Shown piece by piece: positions 26,023 to 35,684 of a stretch of 56,499 bases of DNA. The translations under genes and the position numbers were made by a program. The notes below the pieces were generated by a model, which saw only the letters and a program-made list of their open reading frames with translations, made no database searches and had not been told where the DNA came from. How positions within the stretch are numbered: position 1 is the stretch's first letter; each line of letters starts with the position of its first letter. This stretch comes from Acidimicrobiales bacterium (GTDB taxonomy: Bacteria > Actinomycetota > Acidimicrobiia > Acidimicrobiales > Bog-793), in assembly GCA_049696635.1 (NCBI GenBank), contig JBAVUF010000341.1, forward strand, positions 1 to 56,499, given 5' to 3'.

Positions 26023-27654
26023 TCAGTGCGTCGCGAAAGCAAGGTGATCATGAACCGATTTCACGGCGGCCGAGCCTTCGCCTACCGCAGCGGCGACGCG
26101 TTTGATCGAGCCAGATCGGAGATCTCCGACGGCGAACAATCCCGGGTAGCTCGTCTCGAATGGAAGTGGACCCCGACCAACGCTGGACCATCGTTCGTCG
26201 AACACGTCACCAGGCAGGGAACGGTCTGTGAGCACGAAACCTCGGTCGTCGAGGATCACGCAACCCGAAAGCCAATCCGAAGACGGCTCTGCACCGATGA
26301 ACGAAAATAGGGCCGCGCAGCGAAGGCTCGCCTCGCCGCCGGGCCCCGAGACTCGAACGCCGCTAAGAGCCCGGTCTCCTTCCAGGCCGACGACCCTGGT
26401 CTCGGTAAGGATGTCGATCGCCGCGTGGCTCATGAGACGGTCGACGAGGTAGCGGGACATGCTGGCGTTCAAATCGGGGCTGCGGACCACCACGGTGACC
26501 GGGCTTCCCTGATCCGCGAGGAATACCGCCGCCTGTCCGGCCGAGTTGCCGCCGCCGACGATGACCGCGGGTTCACCCGCGCACCGGCGCGCTTCGAGGT
26601 CCGTCGCGGCGTAGTAGACGCCGTTGGACTCGAACTCTGACAGTCGGTCCACGTCCAGCCGTCGGTAGCGCGCACCGGTGGCCGCGATGACGGCTCGTCC
26701 GGCGACCTCGGTTCCGTCGGACAACTCGACGACGAGGTGTCCGTCTTGCTCCCGCAACTTGACCGCGGCGCAGGGAGCGCTGAGGAAAGCGCCGAACTTC
26801 TCGGCCTGGACGAGACCCCGCTCGGTGAGTTCACCTCCAGAGATGCCGGTCGGAAAGCCGAAGTAGTTCTCGATCCGCGAGGTGGTGCCGGCCTGGCCGC
26901 CGGGGGCGACCATCTCTACGCCCAGCGTGCGCAGGCCTTCCGAGGCACCGTAGACGGCGGCAGCGAGACCAGCCGGTCCTCCGCCCACGATGACGAGATC
27001 GAAGCAACGCTCCGGGAGCCGCCCGACGGTGAGGCCCAAGTAGTCGGCCAGCGTTCCCGGGGTCGGCCGCCGCAGCACCGTTCCCGAGGCGATCACAACG
27101 GGCAGCTCTGAGGGCTGGACCTCGAACTGCCGGAGGAGGTCTTCCACTTGGGGGTCGGCATCGGGGTCGAGCCACTCGTGAGGCCGCCGAATGCGGACCA
27201 GGTATTCCCTGATCCGGAGCGACTCCGGTGAGTACCGGGATCCGATCACCCTCATCGCGACGGCTGCGTCCTGCAGCAGGTCGCTACGCCGGGCCATGAA
27301 GGCGGCCAAGATCTTGTCGCTTAGCCGGGGCTGGGTGGCGATGACCCGTCGGAGGGCCTCGACCGGGACGACGAGCACCTCGCCCGGCTCCGCCATCCGG
27401 GCAGAGACGAAAACCCGCGAGCCGGTCAGGAGGCTGAGCTCACCGAGGAACCGCCCGGCGCCGTGCGTGATGATCGGCTCATCCCGGCCGCTCACGGTGA
27501 TTTCGACGAGTCCGGAGAGCACGACAAAGAAGTCGTAGGCGGCGTCTCCCTCGCGGTAGAGGTACTCGCCGGCGTCGACCCTTCGGCGAGTGCCAAGCGG
27601 TTCGAGGATCTCCAGCTCGGCCTCGTCGAGAGTGGGAACCGGTTGGTCGCTCAC
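26023..27654 (-). CDS. Cyclic-nucleotide-binding domain fused to thioredoxin-reductase-like FAD/NAD(P) oxidoreductase (no CxxC)
   Basis: The N-terminal cNMP-binding pattern is GDAAYDFFVVLSG...GRFLGELSLLTG. It is followed by VIVGGGPAGLAAAVYGA, GGQAGTTSRIENYFGFP and VIVGGGNSAGQAA. The position of the TrxR CATC motif reads YAATD. Confidence 0.8.
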   Translation of the reverse strand: MSDQPVPTLDEAELEILEPLGTRRRVDAGEYLYREGDAAYDFFVVLSGLVEITVSGRDEPIITHGAGRFLGELSLLTGSRVFVSARMAEPGEVLVVPVEALRRVIATQPRLSDKILAAFMARRSDLLQDAAVAMRVIGSRYSPESLRIREYLVRIRRPHEWLDPDADPQVEDLLRQFEVQPSELPVVIASGTVLRRPTPGTLADYLGLTVGRLPERCFDLVIVGGGPAGLAAAVYGASEGLRTLGVEMVAPGGQAGTTSRIENYFGFPTGISGGELTERGLVQAEKFGAFLSAPCAAVKLREQDGHLVVELSDGTEVAGRAVIAATGARYRRLDVDRLSEFESNGVYYAATDLEARRCAGEPAVIVGGGNSAGQAAVFLADQGSPVTVVVRSPDLNASMSRYLVDRLMSHAAIDILTETRVVGLEGDRALSGVRVSGPGGEASLRCAALFSFIGAEPSSDWLSGCVILDDRGFVLTDRSLPGDVFDERWSSVGRGPLPFETSYPGLFAVGDLRSGSIKRVAAAVGEGSAAVKSVHDHLAFATH

Positions 27655-28001
27655 CGTGACCGCAGTAATGGGCAGCGGAGGTGTTGCTTCACGCGCATCG
27701 GATCTCCTTCGAGAGGGACGTCTTCCATTGACTCACGAGCCTGGTCACACGAGCGCCAGCATTTGCAGTCGCATGTCAGATGAGGGACAAGCTAACGACT
27801 CGCTCCTAGGATTCGCGTGCCCGCTTCACGCGCGTGGCCGCGTAACCAGGGCTACGGTCGACTGCTCACCGTCTTCCTCGACACCCCGATCGCTGGACGC
27901 AGCTCATGACGGCACGGCCGATGACCGCCAAGGAAGACCGAAGCTACGAGTCGGCCTGAAGGTCAACCGTCATCGCAGGACCCTAAACCGACGTGCGAGA
28001 A

Positions 28002-28031
28002 GACAAGGGGCGAATGGCTGCGGCCCTTGTC
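28002..28031 (-). terminator. GC-rich hairpin about 50 nt downstream of the last gene of the long minus-strand gene array (putative intrinsic terminator)
   Basis: GACAAGGG (28002-28009) pairs with CCCTTGTC (28024-28031), plus 2 further pairs after a G-G mismatch. On the minus strand it is followed by TTCTCGC, which is only a weak U-tract. Confidence 0.4.
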
Positions 28032-28081
28032 GAGTGTCGGGAGCTCGAAAGAAATGAGGTGCACCGGTTCACGGATTTGTT

Positions 28082-29218
28082 TCAACTCGACGCGATTGCT
28101 TGCTCGACGAGGGCCGCGGTCGCAATCAATAGGTCCTCGCTCCCCGCGGCCGCGACTAGCTGAAGGCTCGCGGGTGGGCGTCCTTCGGCGGGAACAGGCA
28201 AGGCGATCGCTGGGAGGCCGGCGAGACTGATCGGTGCGGTGAGAATCGGCATCCACCCGCCCCTCTCGCCGAGGTAGGGCGGCCGCCGGGCGAGGGTCGG
28301 CAGCGCCAGAACACCTAACCGCTCGACGGTTTTGCGGAACATCGACGACCACTGATCCCCCCGCTTCTTCGCCGAGCTAGCGATTTCGCTCGGAACATCC
28401 GAGTCTCGAAAGCGTTGCAGCGTGTCGGATCCAATCGTCTGTGCCGGGTCGTCGTCGAAGAGCGCGGCGTTACTCACAAGTGCCTCGACACCGACCAAGG
28501 TTTGCTGATCGCGCCAGGCCGATTCCCAGCCGTCGATGGGAACGGATTGCACGTCAAGTTCGGCCCGGCGAAGCGCCGCGTCGATGGCCTCCTCTATGAC
28601 GGGGTCGATCTCGATCTGTGCGTTGAATTCGATCCGGCCGACCGCATCGGCGGGTCTTTCGGCCTGCTCGAATTTCGGTTCGAGAAGGCGCATGGCGCGG
28701 ACGATGTCGGCGACATTCCTTGCCAACGGCCCGACTGTGTCGAAACTCGGCGCGAGCGGCCATACCCCGTCGATTGGAATCCGTCCGTAGGTGGTCTTCA
28801 GCCCGACCACCCCGCAGCAGGCTGCGGGAATGCGTACGGAGCCGGCGGTGTCGGTTCCGAGCGCCACGTCCGTCTCACCCAAGGCGACCGCTGCGGCGGA
28901 GCCTGATGACGAGCCGCCCGGAACGCGCCCCGGATCAGCGGGATTCGGAGGCGTTCCATACCACGGATTCACTCCGGTGACCCCGAACGCAAGCTCGTGC
29001 AGATTGGTCTTCCCGGCGATCCGCCCTCCTTGACCCCTCACGCGGGCGACGCAGCTCGCGTCGCGAGCGGCGACCTCAGCGCGAAGCGCGAGTGCGCGGC
29101 ACCCCGCGGTCGTGATCGATCCCACCACGTCGATGTTGTCCTTCACCGCCACGATCGGGCCATCGCCCGTTCCGTGGTCGAACCTCTCGATCCAGATGGC
29201 ATCGCGCTCCGAGCTCAT
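28082..29218 (-). CDS. Amidase-signature family amidase (short N-terminus)
   Basis: PIVAVKDNIDVVG, GKTNLHELAFGVTG and GGSSSGSAAAVALGETDVALGTDTAGSVRIPAACCGVVGLKTTYGR are present. ATG 29218 is preceded by GGAG at a 9-nt spacing. Track start TTG 29332 adds an acidic low-complexity 38 aa and overlaps the coxG-like gene. Confidence 0.8.
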   Translation of the reverse strand: MSSERDAIWIERFDHGTGDGPIVAVKDNIDVVGSITTAGCRALALRAEVAARDASCVARVRGQGGRIAGKTNLHELAFGVTGVNPWYGTPPNPADPGRVPGGSSSGSAAAVALGETDVALGTDTAGSVRIPAACCGVVGLKTTYGRIPIDGVWPLAPSFDTVGPLARNVADIVRAMRLLEPKFEQAERPADAVGRIEFNAQIEIDPVIEEAIDAALRRAELDVQSVPIDGWESAWRDQQTLVGVEALVSNAALFDDDPAQTIGSDTLQRFRDSDVPSEIASSAKKRGDQWSSMFRKTVERLGVLALPTLARRPPYLGERGGWMPILTAPISLAGLPAIALPVPAEGRPPASLQLVAAAGSEDLLIATAALVEQAIASS

Positions 29219-29303
29219 CGCTTCGGACTCCGCGTACTCCCCGGGCGCTTCGGATTTCGACTGAGGAGCGTGCTCATCGTCCTCCGTGACGTGTGAACAG
29301 CAA

Positions 29304-30029
29304 TCAAAGTTCGGACTTGCGCGAGGCGACAATCCTGCGAACTATCGCGACGAGAGTCAGGAATGCCGCCACCGACCAGAAGGCCGGAACCAATCGTCGG
29401 GCGATCGCGCCTCGTGCGAGTGCAATGACATCAACCGGATCGGTGGATCGGCCCTCGCCGACCGACGCGACTCGAGACTTCGTTGCGACGTCGTTTTCAG
29501 CTAGCGGCGGCTCGACAGCAACCTCATGGCGTGCAGATGTGTCGGGCACGGCTGCGCCAGGTTCGCGTCCGCGCTCGGCGGACACGTTGTGGAGCACCGT
29601 CGATTCGAGATTCTCGACGAACTGACCAAGCAGGGTCGATGAGATCTCGGCGAGTAGGCCTCGGCCGAACTGCGCGACTTTGCCAGTGATCTGGAGATCG
29701 GTCTCCACCTTCACCTTTGTGCCGGTGTCCGTCGGCCCGAGGCGCGCCGTGATCGTGGCCGATGCATTTCCCTGGCCGCGCGCCTCTCTTCCTTCGGCTC
29801 GTAAAGTTGCGACGAGAGCCGCGTCGTCTTTTTCCACAAATCGCGCGACCCCGCGGTACTCCACCGTGATGGCGCCGAGTTTGACCTTGACAACGCCGCG
29901 ATATTCATCCCCCTTGACCTCTCTCAGTTCCGCCCCGGGCATGCAGGGGGCGATGCGTTCGATGTCGGTGAGCACCGTCCAGGTCTCATCGATCGGCGAG
30001 GTCACTTCGAACTCGTTGTTCAGCTTCAT
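29304..30029 (-). CDS. CoxG/SRPBCC-family protein with C-terminal linker and predicted TM anchor
   Basis: MKLNNEFEVTSPIDETWTVLTDIERIAPCMPGAEL...KVETDLQITGKVAQFGRGLL is the CoxG pattern. The C-terminal segment LVPAFWSVAAFLTLVAIV is hydrophobic and followed by RRIVASRK. Confidence 0.75.
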   Translation of the reverse strand: MKLNNEFEVTSPIDETWTVLTDIERIAPCMPGAELREVKGDEYRGVVKVKLGAITVEYRGVARFVEKDDAALVATLRAEGREARGQGNASATITARLGPTDTGTKVKVETDLQITGKVAQFGRGLLAEISSTLLGQFVENLESTVLHNVSAERGREPGAAVPDTSARHEVAVEPPLAENDVATKSRVASVGEGRSTDPVDVIALARGAIARRLVPAFWSVAAFLTLVAIVRRIVASRKSEL

Positions 30030-30736
30030 CTCGCACGCTCCTCACCGCGATCGGGTGCAACCTCTTGATGTACGGAAGGAACGCGACCGCGGTTGGCGTC
30101 TGCCTCCCGCTCAAGCGCCCGCGCCTGACCTGATGCTTCGAGCATGACTGCCTTCACGCGCTCGACGGCTTGCTTGTCCAATTCGGCGAACTCAAAGCCG
30201 AGCGCTAGCGCGGCCGCTTCTGGTTCGTCGGCCACTCGATCGACGAGGCCTATTCGCAGCGCCTCTTCGGCGCCGACCGCTCGCATCGTGAGGCAGAGAT
30301 CCATCGCCCGTCCCCTGCCGATCAAACCCGGCAATGCCCACGAACCAACGGCGAGTCCGTGAGCCGGTCCAGGAAATCGGATCTCGCTGCCAGGCGCGAC
30401 GACGCGAAGATCGCTCGCCACCAAGAGCTGAGCCCCCGCCCCCATCGCATGGCCGCGCGCTGCCGCAAGGATCGGCCGCGGAAACCTGACCATCAGGGAG
30501 TAGAGCTCATAGAGCCGGTCGCTTACCTCCTCACGTTCGCGGTCTGCCATCGAAAGGTCGAGCCCGGAACAGAAGCTGCCGTTTGCGCTCAGGACGACTA
30601 CCGACGTGTCACCGTCATCTTCCGCGAAGGCGTCGATGAGGCACTCGACCATGGCGCGGTCGAGTGCGTTGCGACGTTCGGGGCGATTAAGCCGGAGTCT
30701 GAGGACGTCCGTTCGCGGTCGGTCGAAGTCGATCAC
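30026..30736 (-). CDS. Enoyl-CoA hydratase/isomerase (crotonase) family protein
   Basis: LRLNRPERRNALD, FCSGLDL and AAARGHAMGAGAQLLVASDLRV are present. The stop overlaps the coxG-like start (ATGA). Confidence 0.8.
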   Translation of the reverse strand: MIDFDRPRTDVLRLRLNRPERRNALDRAMVECLIDAFAEDDGDTSVVVLSANGSFCSGLDLSMADREREEVSDRLYELYSLMVRFPRPILAAARGHAMGAGAQLLVASDLRVVAPGSEIRFPGPAHGLAVGSWALPGLIGRGRAMDLCLTMRAVGAEEALRIGLVDRVADEPEAAALALGFEFAELDKQAVERVKAVMLEASGQARALEREADANRGRVPSVHQEVAPDRGEERAR

Positions 30737-30769
30737 GCGGCCACCCGGTCTCGCAACAGATCTCCTCGC

Positions 30770-31552
30770 TCAGATCATCGTGTAGCCGCCGCTCACCGAG
30801 AGCGTCTGGCCGGTGATATAGGAGGCGTGGTCGGAAGCAAACAAAAGCACCGGGCCAACCACGTCATCGGGGCGACCGAGTCGCCGTAGCGGGTACGACC
30901 GAGCGACCTTTTCGAGCAGTTCCTGGGTGAATTGCTCACCCTGCTCGCCGCGCCAGATCGACTCTGCCCCCGACGTGTCCGGATCGCCCGGGGTGAATCC
31001 CGGACAGACGACGTTCAAGGTGATGCCCATTTTTCCGACCTCCTTGGCGAGTGACTTCGTCATCGCAATCACACTCGCCTTCGTGCCGGAATAGACCGCC
31101 TCCCGCCACTCTCCGATTCGGCCTGCATCGGAGGCAATCGACACGACACGACCGCGGCGGCGCTCGACCATGTGGGCGAGAACCGGCCGGGTGAAGTTGA
31201 TGAAACCCCACATGTCGACCGCGATCTCTTTTTCGAACTCCTCCCGCGGTTTGTCCAAGAAGAGACGATCGATCGTCCAGCCTGCGCAGTTGACGAGAAC
31301 GTCGATCGAGCCCAGGCTCGCAATCGCAAACGCGACGGTAGCCTCGACGGATTCGGGATCGGTGACGTCAGTCGTTCGCGTAAGGATCGTTCCCCCGGAC
31401 GCGTCAGCAGCGACGCGCTTCGCCTGCACCTCGTCGATGTCGGCGATCACGACATTCGCGCCTTCCTTGGCGAAGCCGATGCTAATCGCACGTCCGATGT
31501 TCGAGGCGCCGCCCGAAACGACGACGTTCGCACCCGAAAGACCAAGATCCAC
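30770..31552 (-). CDS. SDR-family oxidoreductase (3-hydroxyacyl-CoA/BadH-like)
   Basis: VVSGGASNIGRA, NCAG and YSGTKASV are present. GTG 31552 is preceded by GGGAGAA. Confidence 0.8.
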   Translation of the reverse strand: MDLGLSGANVVVSGGASNIGRAISIGFAKEGANVVIADIDEVQAKRVAADASGGTILTRTTDVTDPESVEATVAFAIASLGSIDVLVNCAGWTIDRLFLDKPREEFEKEIAVDMWGFINFTRPVLAHMVERRRGRVVSIASDAGRIGEWREAVYSGTKASVIAMTKSLAKEVGKMGITLNVVCPGFTPGDPDTSGAESIWRGEQGEQFTQELLEKVARSYPLRRLGRPDDVVGPVLLFASDHASYITGQTLSVSGGYTMI

Positions 31553-31561
31553 GGCTTCTCC

Positions 31562-32563
31562 CTACGCGAAAAGCAGTGACGGCGCGATCGCATCACGCAG
31601 AATCCGCAAGCGCTCAACGCGGCCCGATCCCATCAGCGGAAAGATGAAGCCATCGACGCCAGTCGCATGCAGAGTCGCGAGTCGCGCGTTGCACTCGTCC
31701 GCCGTTCCGGCGATGGCGAGCGTGCGGACGAGTTCTTCACTTATTACCTCCTGATGATCGGCACGCGTCGAAAGATGCTCTGAGTAGTCGTAGGCAGAGC
31801 GCGCGTGCGCGAACTCGGCCCGGTACTGGTTCAAGCTATCTGGAAGGTCGGCGACGTCGGCGAGCAACCGAGCCTGGGCCGTCGCCCAGGAGCGGACGTC
31901 GCGCAACGCCTTGCCGACGTCGTCGGCGACGGACATGGTCGACATCGCACAGATTTCAACTTCGGAGCGGTCGCGTCCTTCCTCGGCGATCCCGTCGAGC
32001 ACCCAGTGGACCTGTCGGCTGAGCACGTCTTGTTGGGCCGGACCCATGACGATCGCACCGTCGGCAAAGCGCCCAGCGAGCCGGCACATCTTCTCCTGGG
32101 TCACCGCCAAGTACACCTTCACCGTCGTCGGGCGGTGCGCGAGCGTAAAGTGCCTTCCCTCCCACTCCCCCTCGCCGCCAGAAAACATTGCTCGAAAGAA
32201 CCTGAGGGACGATTCGATCTCGCGCATCCGTGATGGGGACTTGCCGAGTCCATAGACCGCCGAGTCCCCGGCGCCGAGGCCGAGCAGGGCGCGACCTTGC
32301 GACAATTCGCCGATCGACGCGATCGCGTTGGCGGTGACCGTCGGGTGACGGGTGACAAGATTGGTCACCCCGGTGCCGAGCTCTAGTCGGTCGGTGGCGA
32401 TGGCAGCGGTCGCCATTCCTACATAGACGTCTTTCATCGCCAGCTGCGAGTCGATGAGCCAGATGCGTCCCACCCCCTCGTCCTCCAAGCGCTTGGTAAA
32501 TGCCATCCAATCGGCGAAGGACTCCCGCGGGCTGATCCCGATGCTTATGCTCAAGCGGCTCAC
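31562..32563 (-). CDS. Luciferase-like (LLM class) flavin/F420-dependent oxidoreductase
   Basis: GTG 32563 is preceded by TAAGGAG at a 9-nt spacing. The blocks LSISIGISP...FTKRLEDEGVGRIWLIDS...TGVTNLVTRHPTVTANAIASIGELSQGRALLGLGAGD are present. The 5' extension in the ORF track overlaps the upstream hydrolase gene. Confidence 0.8.
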   Translation of the reverse strand: MSRLSISIGISPRESFADWMAFTKRLEDEGVGRIWLIDSQLAMKDVYVGMATAAIATDRLELGTGVTNLVTRHPTVTANAIASIGELSQGRALLGLGAGDSAVYGLGKSPSRMREIESSLRFFRAMFSGGEGEWEGRHFTLAHRPTTVKVYLAVTQEKMCRLAGRFADGAIVMGPAQQDVLSRQVHWVLDGIAEEGRDRSEVEICAMSTMSVADDVGKALRDVRSWATAQARLLADVADLPDSLNQYRAEFAHARSAYDYSEHLSTRADHQEVISEELVRTLAIAGTADECNARLATLHATGVDGFIFPLMGSGRVERLRILRDAIAPSLLFA

Positions 32564-32594
32564 GCTTATCGATCTCCTTATCTGTTCGATCGCG

Positions 32595-33377
32595 CTACGC
32601 GTCAAGGCTGCGAATGGCTTCGGCAACCTCTCTCGGTCGCTCGACAGGGATTGGGTGTCCGGTGGCGCCAATCACCCGCAGCGAGGCGTTCTTGAGGCCG
32701 TTGGCGATGATTTCTCCGGCGCGCGGCGGGCAGTGCTGGTCGGCTTCGCCAGACATCACGACGGTCGGCGCGACTATGCGTCCGAGCTCGTCGTCGAGGG
32801 GGTGTTCATGCAGGCCCGCCATGGCCCGGCAGGCGTTCGCGAATCCGCGCGGATCGGCCGTCGACTGACGGCGGATGACGAGACCCTCTTCGAGTTCGCC
32901 GGGTTCGTTGCGATAGACGTCCGCCGTGTCCTGGTCAAGGCGCTGGCGGAGCCCCGCTTCGCCCGACGCCACCGCCTCAGCGCGCTCTTGGTACCACTGC
33001 GCCGCCGCGGCATTCACCCGACTCGACGTCGCGACGAGCGCCAGCCCCGCCACACGCTCGGGTTGGTCTATGCCAACGCGCATCGCGACCGTGCCCCCGA
33101 GCGAAAAGCCGGCGATGATCGCTTGGTCGAGGTGGACCGCGTCCATTAGTCCGACGAGATCCGTGGCGAGCTGCGCGAGGGTGCCGTCCGGCTCACCGAG
33201 TTCGGTTTCGCCGTGGCCACGGAGGTCGTAGAGGAACACGTGGTGATCGAGAACGAGGTCGGGTAGCACCTTTCGCCAGGCGCGGTGGTCGTCGGCGAGC
33301 CCGTGCACAAGCACGACTGGTCGCCCGCGCCCGACTTCGCGCCACGAGACCGAGATGCCGTTAGCGGTGGAGCGCAC
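32595..33377 (-). CDS. Alpha/beta-fold hydrolase (3-oxoadipate enol-lactonase / RutD-like)
   Basis: PVVLVHGLADD and the nucleophile elbow GFSLGG are present. GTG 33377 is preceded by AGGAGG at a 5-nt spacing. It overlaps the ligase 3' end by 17 nt. Confidence 0.8.
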   Translation of the reverse strand: MRSTANGISVSWREVGRGRPVVLVHGLADDHRAWRKVLPDLVLDHHVFLYDLRGHGETELGEPDGTLAQLATDLVGLMDAVHLDQAIIAGFSLGGTVAMRVGIDQPERVAGLALVATSSRVNAAAAQWYQERAEAVASGEAGLRQRLDQDTADVYRNEPGELEEGLVIRRQSTADPRGFANACRAMAGLHEHPLDDELGRIVAPTVVMSGEADQHCPPRAGEIIANGLKNASLRVIGATGHPIPVERPREVAEAIRSLDA

Positions 33378-34920
33378 ACTCGCCTCCTGAGTTGAGCGGC
33401 GCGTCGGCGAACGCGCTCGCGGCGCGCTCGCGCAATTCGTTGCGCGCCACTTTGCCGGAGCTACCGAGCGGTAATTCCTCGACCACGAGGAGGCGCTCCA
33501 CCCACTTGTAGTGGGCAAGACCGCGCTCCGCGAGAAATTCGCGTAACGACTCGAGAGTCAACTCGTGTTCAGGACGAACGACAACGCAGGCTGCGATGCG
33601 TTCGCCCAGGTCCGAGTCGGCGAGACCGACAAGACAGACCTCGGCAACATCCCGGTGCTCGAGGAGAACGGCCTCGACCTCGTACGGATTGATGTTCTCC
33701 CCGCCCCTGATGATGATGTCCTTCGTCCGCCCGACGACGTGGACGAAACCGTCGTCGTCGATGAAACCGACGTCGCCAAAGTGCGCCCAGCCGTCCTCCG
33801 CGAACGGGCCGTTTTCCTCGTTCCAGTACCGCTTCTGCACGAGCGGGCCGCGCATGCAGATCTCGCCGACCTTCCCGGGGCCTAACGACCGGCCATCGGA
33901 GTCGCAGATCATCGCCTCGGCGCGTGCGTGCGGCCGTCCGACCGTGTGCCAACGCTTTTCTGGCGGATCGTCCGGGCTCGCGACAGCGAGCTGACCGATG
34001 TCCATCGCGCCGTAGAAAGCACACAGACGCGACCCGGTGAGTCGCTCCCAGTTTTCGGCGAGATCCGGCGGCATCGGCGCGCCGGCTACCGCGGTCACGC
34101 GCGCCAACGCCAGTGCTGCGGGATCGAACTGCTCGTCGCGAAACATCCGACCGATCATCGTCGGCACGCCGCCGATGACGGTCGCCCGCGACTCTCGGGC
34201 GACCCGAAGCCCGAGGTCGGCAGAGAATCGTCGTTCGCTGGTCATGACGAGACAGGCGCCGACGCGCAGCGAGTACAGGCACATCTCCCCAACGCCCTGG
34301 GAGATCGGCGAGAGCGGCAGTACCCGGTCGTCCGGCACGATGCCGAGCCGGCTCGTGAATCCTTCGAACGTCAGCTGCTTGAGCTCGGCCGAAAGTGCGG
34401 CGAGCTTGGGCGGTCCGGTCGTGCCGGACGTCAGCGCGATCTGGACGATCTCTTCCGGCTGCGTCGGATACGGCTCGATCGCTGCGGTACTGCAACGCCC
34501 GACGGCCGCAACTTGGCCGACGTCGACCACGAGACGAACACCCGGTGCCGACTTCGCGACGTCACGCAGACCGTCAAGGGCCTGCTCGTCGGTAACGGCG
34601 ACGGCAGCTGACGAACGTGAGAGCACTGAGAAAAGCTCATAGCTCCCGAGCGAAGGCGCGAGCGGCAAAGTCACGGCGCCGAGTGCCGGGATGGCGATCT
34701 CGAGCGCGACGTACTCCCACGCATTCGGGAGCGAGACCCCGACGACCTCGCCCCGTTGCACTCCGAGCTCCTCAAGCGCCCGCATCGCGCCCCGAACCCG
34801 ATCGAAGAACTCGGCAAACGAGATCGTCGCGCCGTCCTCATAGATCGCTGGCGCGTCCGGCCGGCGCGCCGCGTGCGCGGCAAGGTAGGTGAGCGGGCGA
34901 TACGGAGCGGGTTCCGTCAT
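33361..34920 (-). CDS. AMP-dependent acyl/aryl-CoA synthetase
   Basis: The AMP-binding motif LTSGTTGPPK is present, with GEICMRGP, the GDVGFIDDDGFVHVVGRTKD hinge region and the C-terminal SGKVAR. ATG 34920 overlaps the upstream stop (ATGA). Confidence 0.9.
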   Translation of the reverse strand: MTEPAPYRPLTYLAAHAARRPDAPAIYEDGATISFAEFFDRVRGAMRALEELGVQRGEVVGVSLPNAWEYVALEIAIPALGAVTLPLAPSLGSYELFSVLSRSSAAVAVTDEQALDGLRDVAKSAPGVRLVVDVGQVAAVGRCSTAAIEPYPTQPEEIVQIALTSGTTGPPKLAALSAELKQLTFEGFTSRLGIVPDDRVLPLSPISQGVGEMCLYSLRVGACLVMTSERRFSADLGLRVARESRATVIGGVPTMIGRMFRDEQFDPAALALARVTAVAGAPMPPDLAENWERLTGSRLCAFYGAMDIGQLAVASPDDPPEKRWHTVGRPHARAEAMICDSDGRSLGPGKVGEICMRGPLVQKRYWNEENGPFAEDGWAHFGDVGFIDDDGFVHVVGRTKDIIIRGGENINPYEVEAVLLEHRDVAEVCLVGLADSDLGERIAACVVVRPEHELTLESLREFLAERGLAHYKWVERLLVVEELPLGSSGKVARNELRERAASAFADAPLNSGGECALHR

Positions 34921-35684
34921 CGCCCCGACCACTTCGGCACTCGCTTTTCGTTGAACGCAGCGGCTCCCTCCGCCGCGTCTTCGCTCGACAACACCTCGGC
35001 GGCGAGCTTGGCGTTCAACTCCCAGAGTTCACCCTCAGAGGTCTCGAGCGAGCGTCGCAACAACTGTTTCGAGGCACGCAGCGCGAGTGGCGCGTTCTGG
35101 GCGATCCGTTGTCCGATCTCTATGGCAGTCTCGAGCGCGCGTCCGCGTTCGACGACGCGGTTGACGAGACCGAGGCGTTCGGCGCGTTCGGCGTCGATCG
35201 TCTCGCCGGTAAACGCGAGCTCGAAAGCCGCGGGCGGAGCGATCCGGCGCGCCAGACGGACGAGGCCCCCGGACGCGGCGAAAAGTCCCCGCTTCACCTC
35301 AGGAAGTCCAAAAGTGGCGTGATCTGCCGCAACAACGAGATCGCAGGCGAGGACAATCTCGAAGCCGCCGCCGACCGCGGCACCGTTGACCGCGGCGATG
35401 AGGGGAAACGGAAAATCACGGCGCACAATGCCGGCAAATCCTCCCGGGACGAGATTGATGGAATCCGCCTCACCACGGCGCACGGCTCCGAGGTCCATTC
35501 CGGCGCAAAAGACGCGATCTCCGGCGCCGGTGAGCACGACGGCGCGCACCTCGTCGTCGTGCTCGAGCTCGTCAAAAACGTTGGCGAGGGCGTGCGACGT
35601 TTCGAAATCGATCGCGTTTGCCACCTTCTCCCGGTCGATGACGAGGATCTCCACCGCACCGCGGCGCTGCCGACCGAGCGGCAT
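34917..35684 (-). CDS. Enoyl-CoA hydratase (crotonase family)
   Basis: FCAGMDL, IAAVNGAAVGGGFEIVLACDLVVA and FGLPEVKRGL are present. ATG 35684 shares 1 nt with the TetR stop (TGATG). Confidence 0.85.
   Translation of the reverse strand: MPLGRQRRGAVEILVIDREKVANAIDFETSHALANVFDELEHDDEVRAVVLTGAGDRVFCAGMDLGAVRRGEADSINLVPGGFAGIVRRDFPFPLIAAVNGAAVGGGFEIVLACDLVVAADHATFGLPEVKRGLFAASGGLVRLARRIAPPAAFELAFTGETIDAERAERLGLVNRVVERGRALETAIEIGQRIAQNAPLALRASKQLLRRSLETSEGELWELNAKLAAEVLSSEDAAEGAAAFNEKRVPKWSGR

Noticed and set aside
27655-28081. The 427-nt non-coding region upstream of the cNMP/TrxR-like gene as a riboswitch or sRNA locus.
   Set aside because: I could not recognise any known riboswitch core or conserved structure by eye. 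Only the terminator-like hairpin at 28002-28031 is evident. A covariance-model scan (Rfam) would be needed.
29219-29332. TTG 29332 as the start of the terminal amidase, adding 38 aa (MSPRASPNFDCCSHVTEDDEHAPQSKSEAPGEYAESEA).
   Set aside because: The added segment is acidic and low-complexity, overlaps the coxG-like gene by 29 nt and has no RBS. ATG 29218 has GGAG 9 nt upstream. It is kept as an alternative only, since the resulting N-terminus is short for an amidase.
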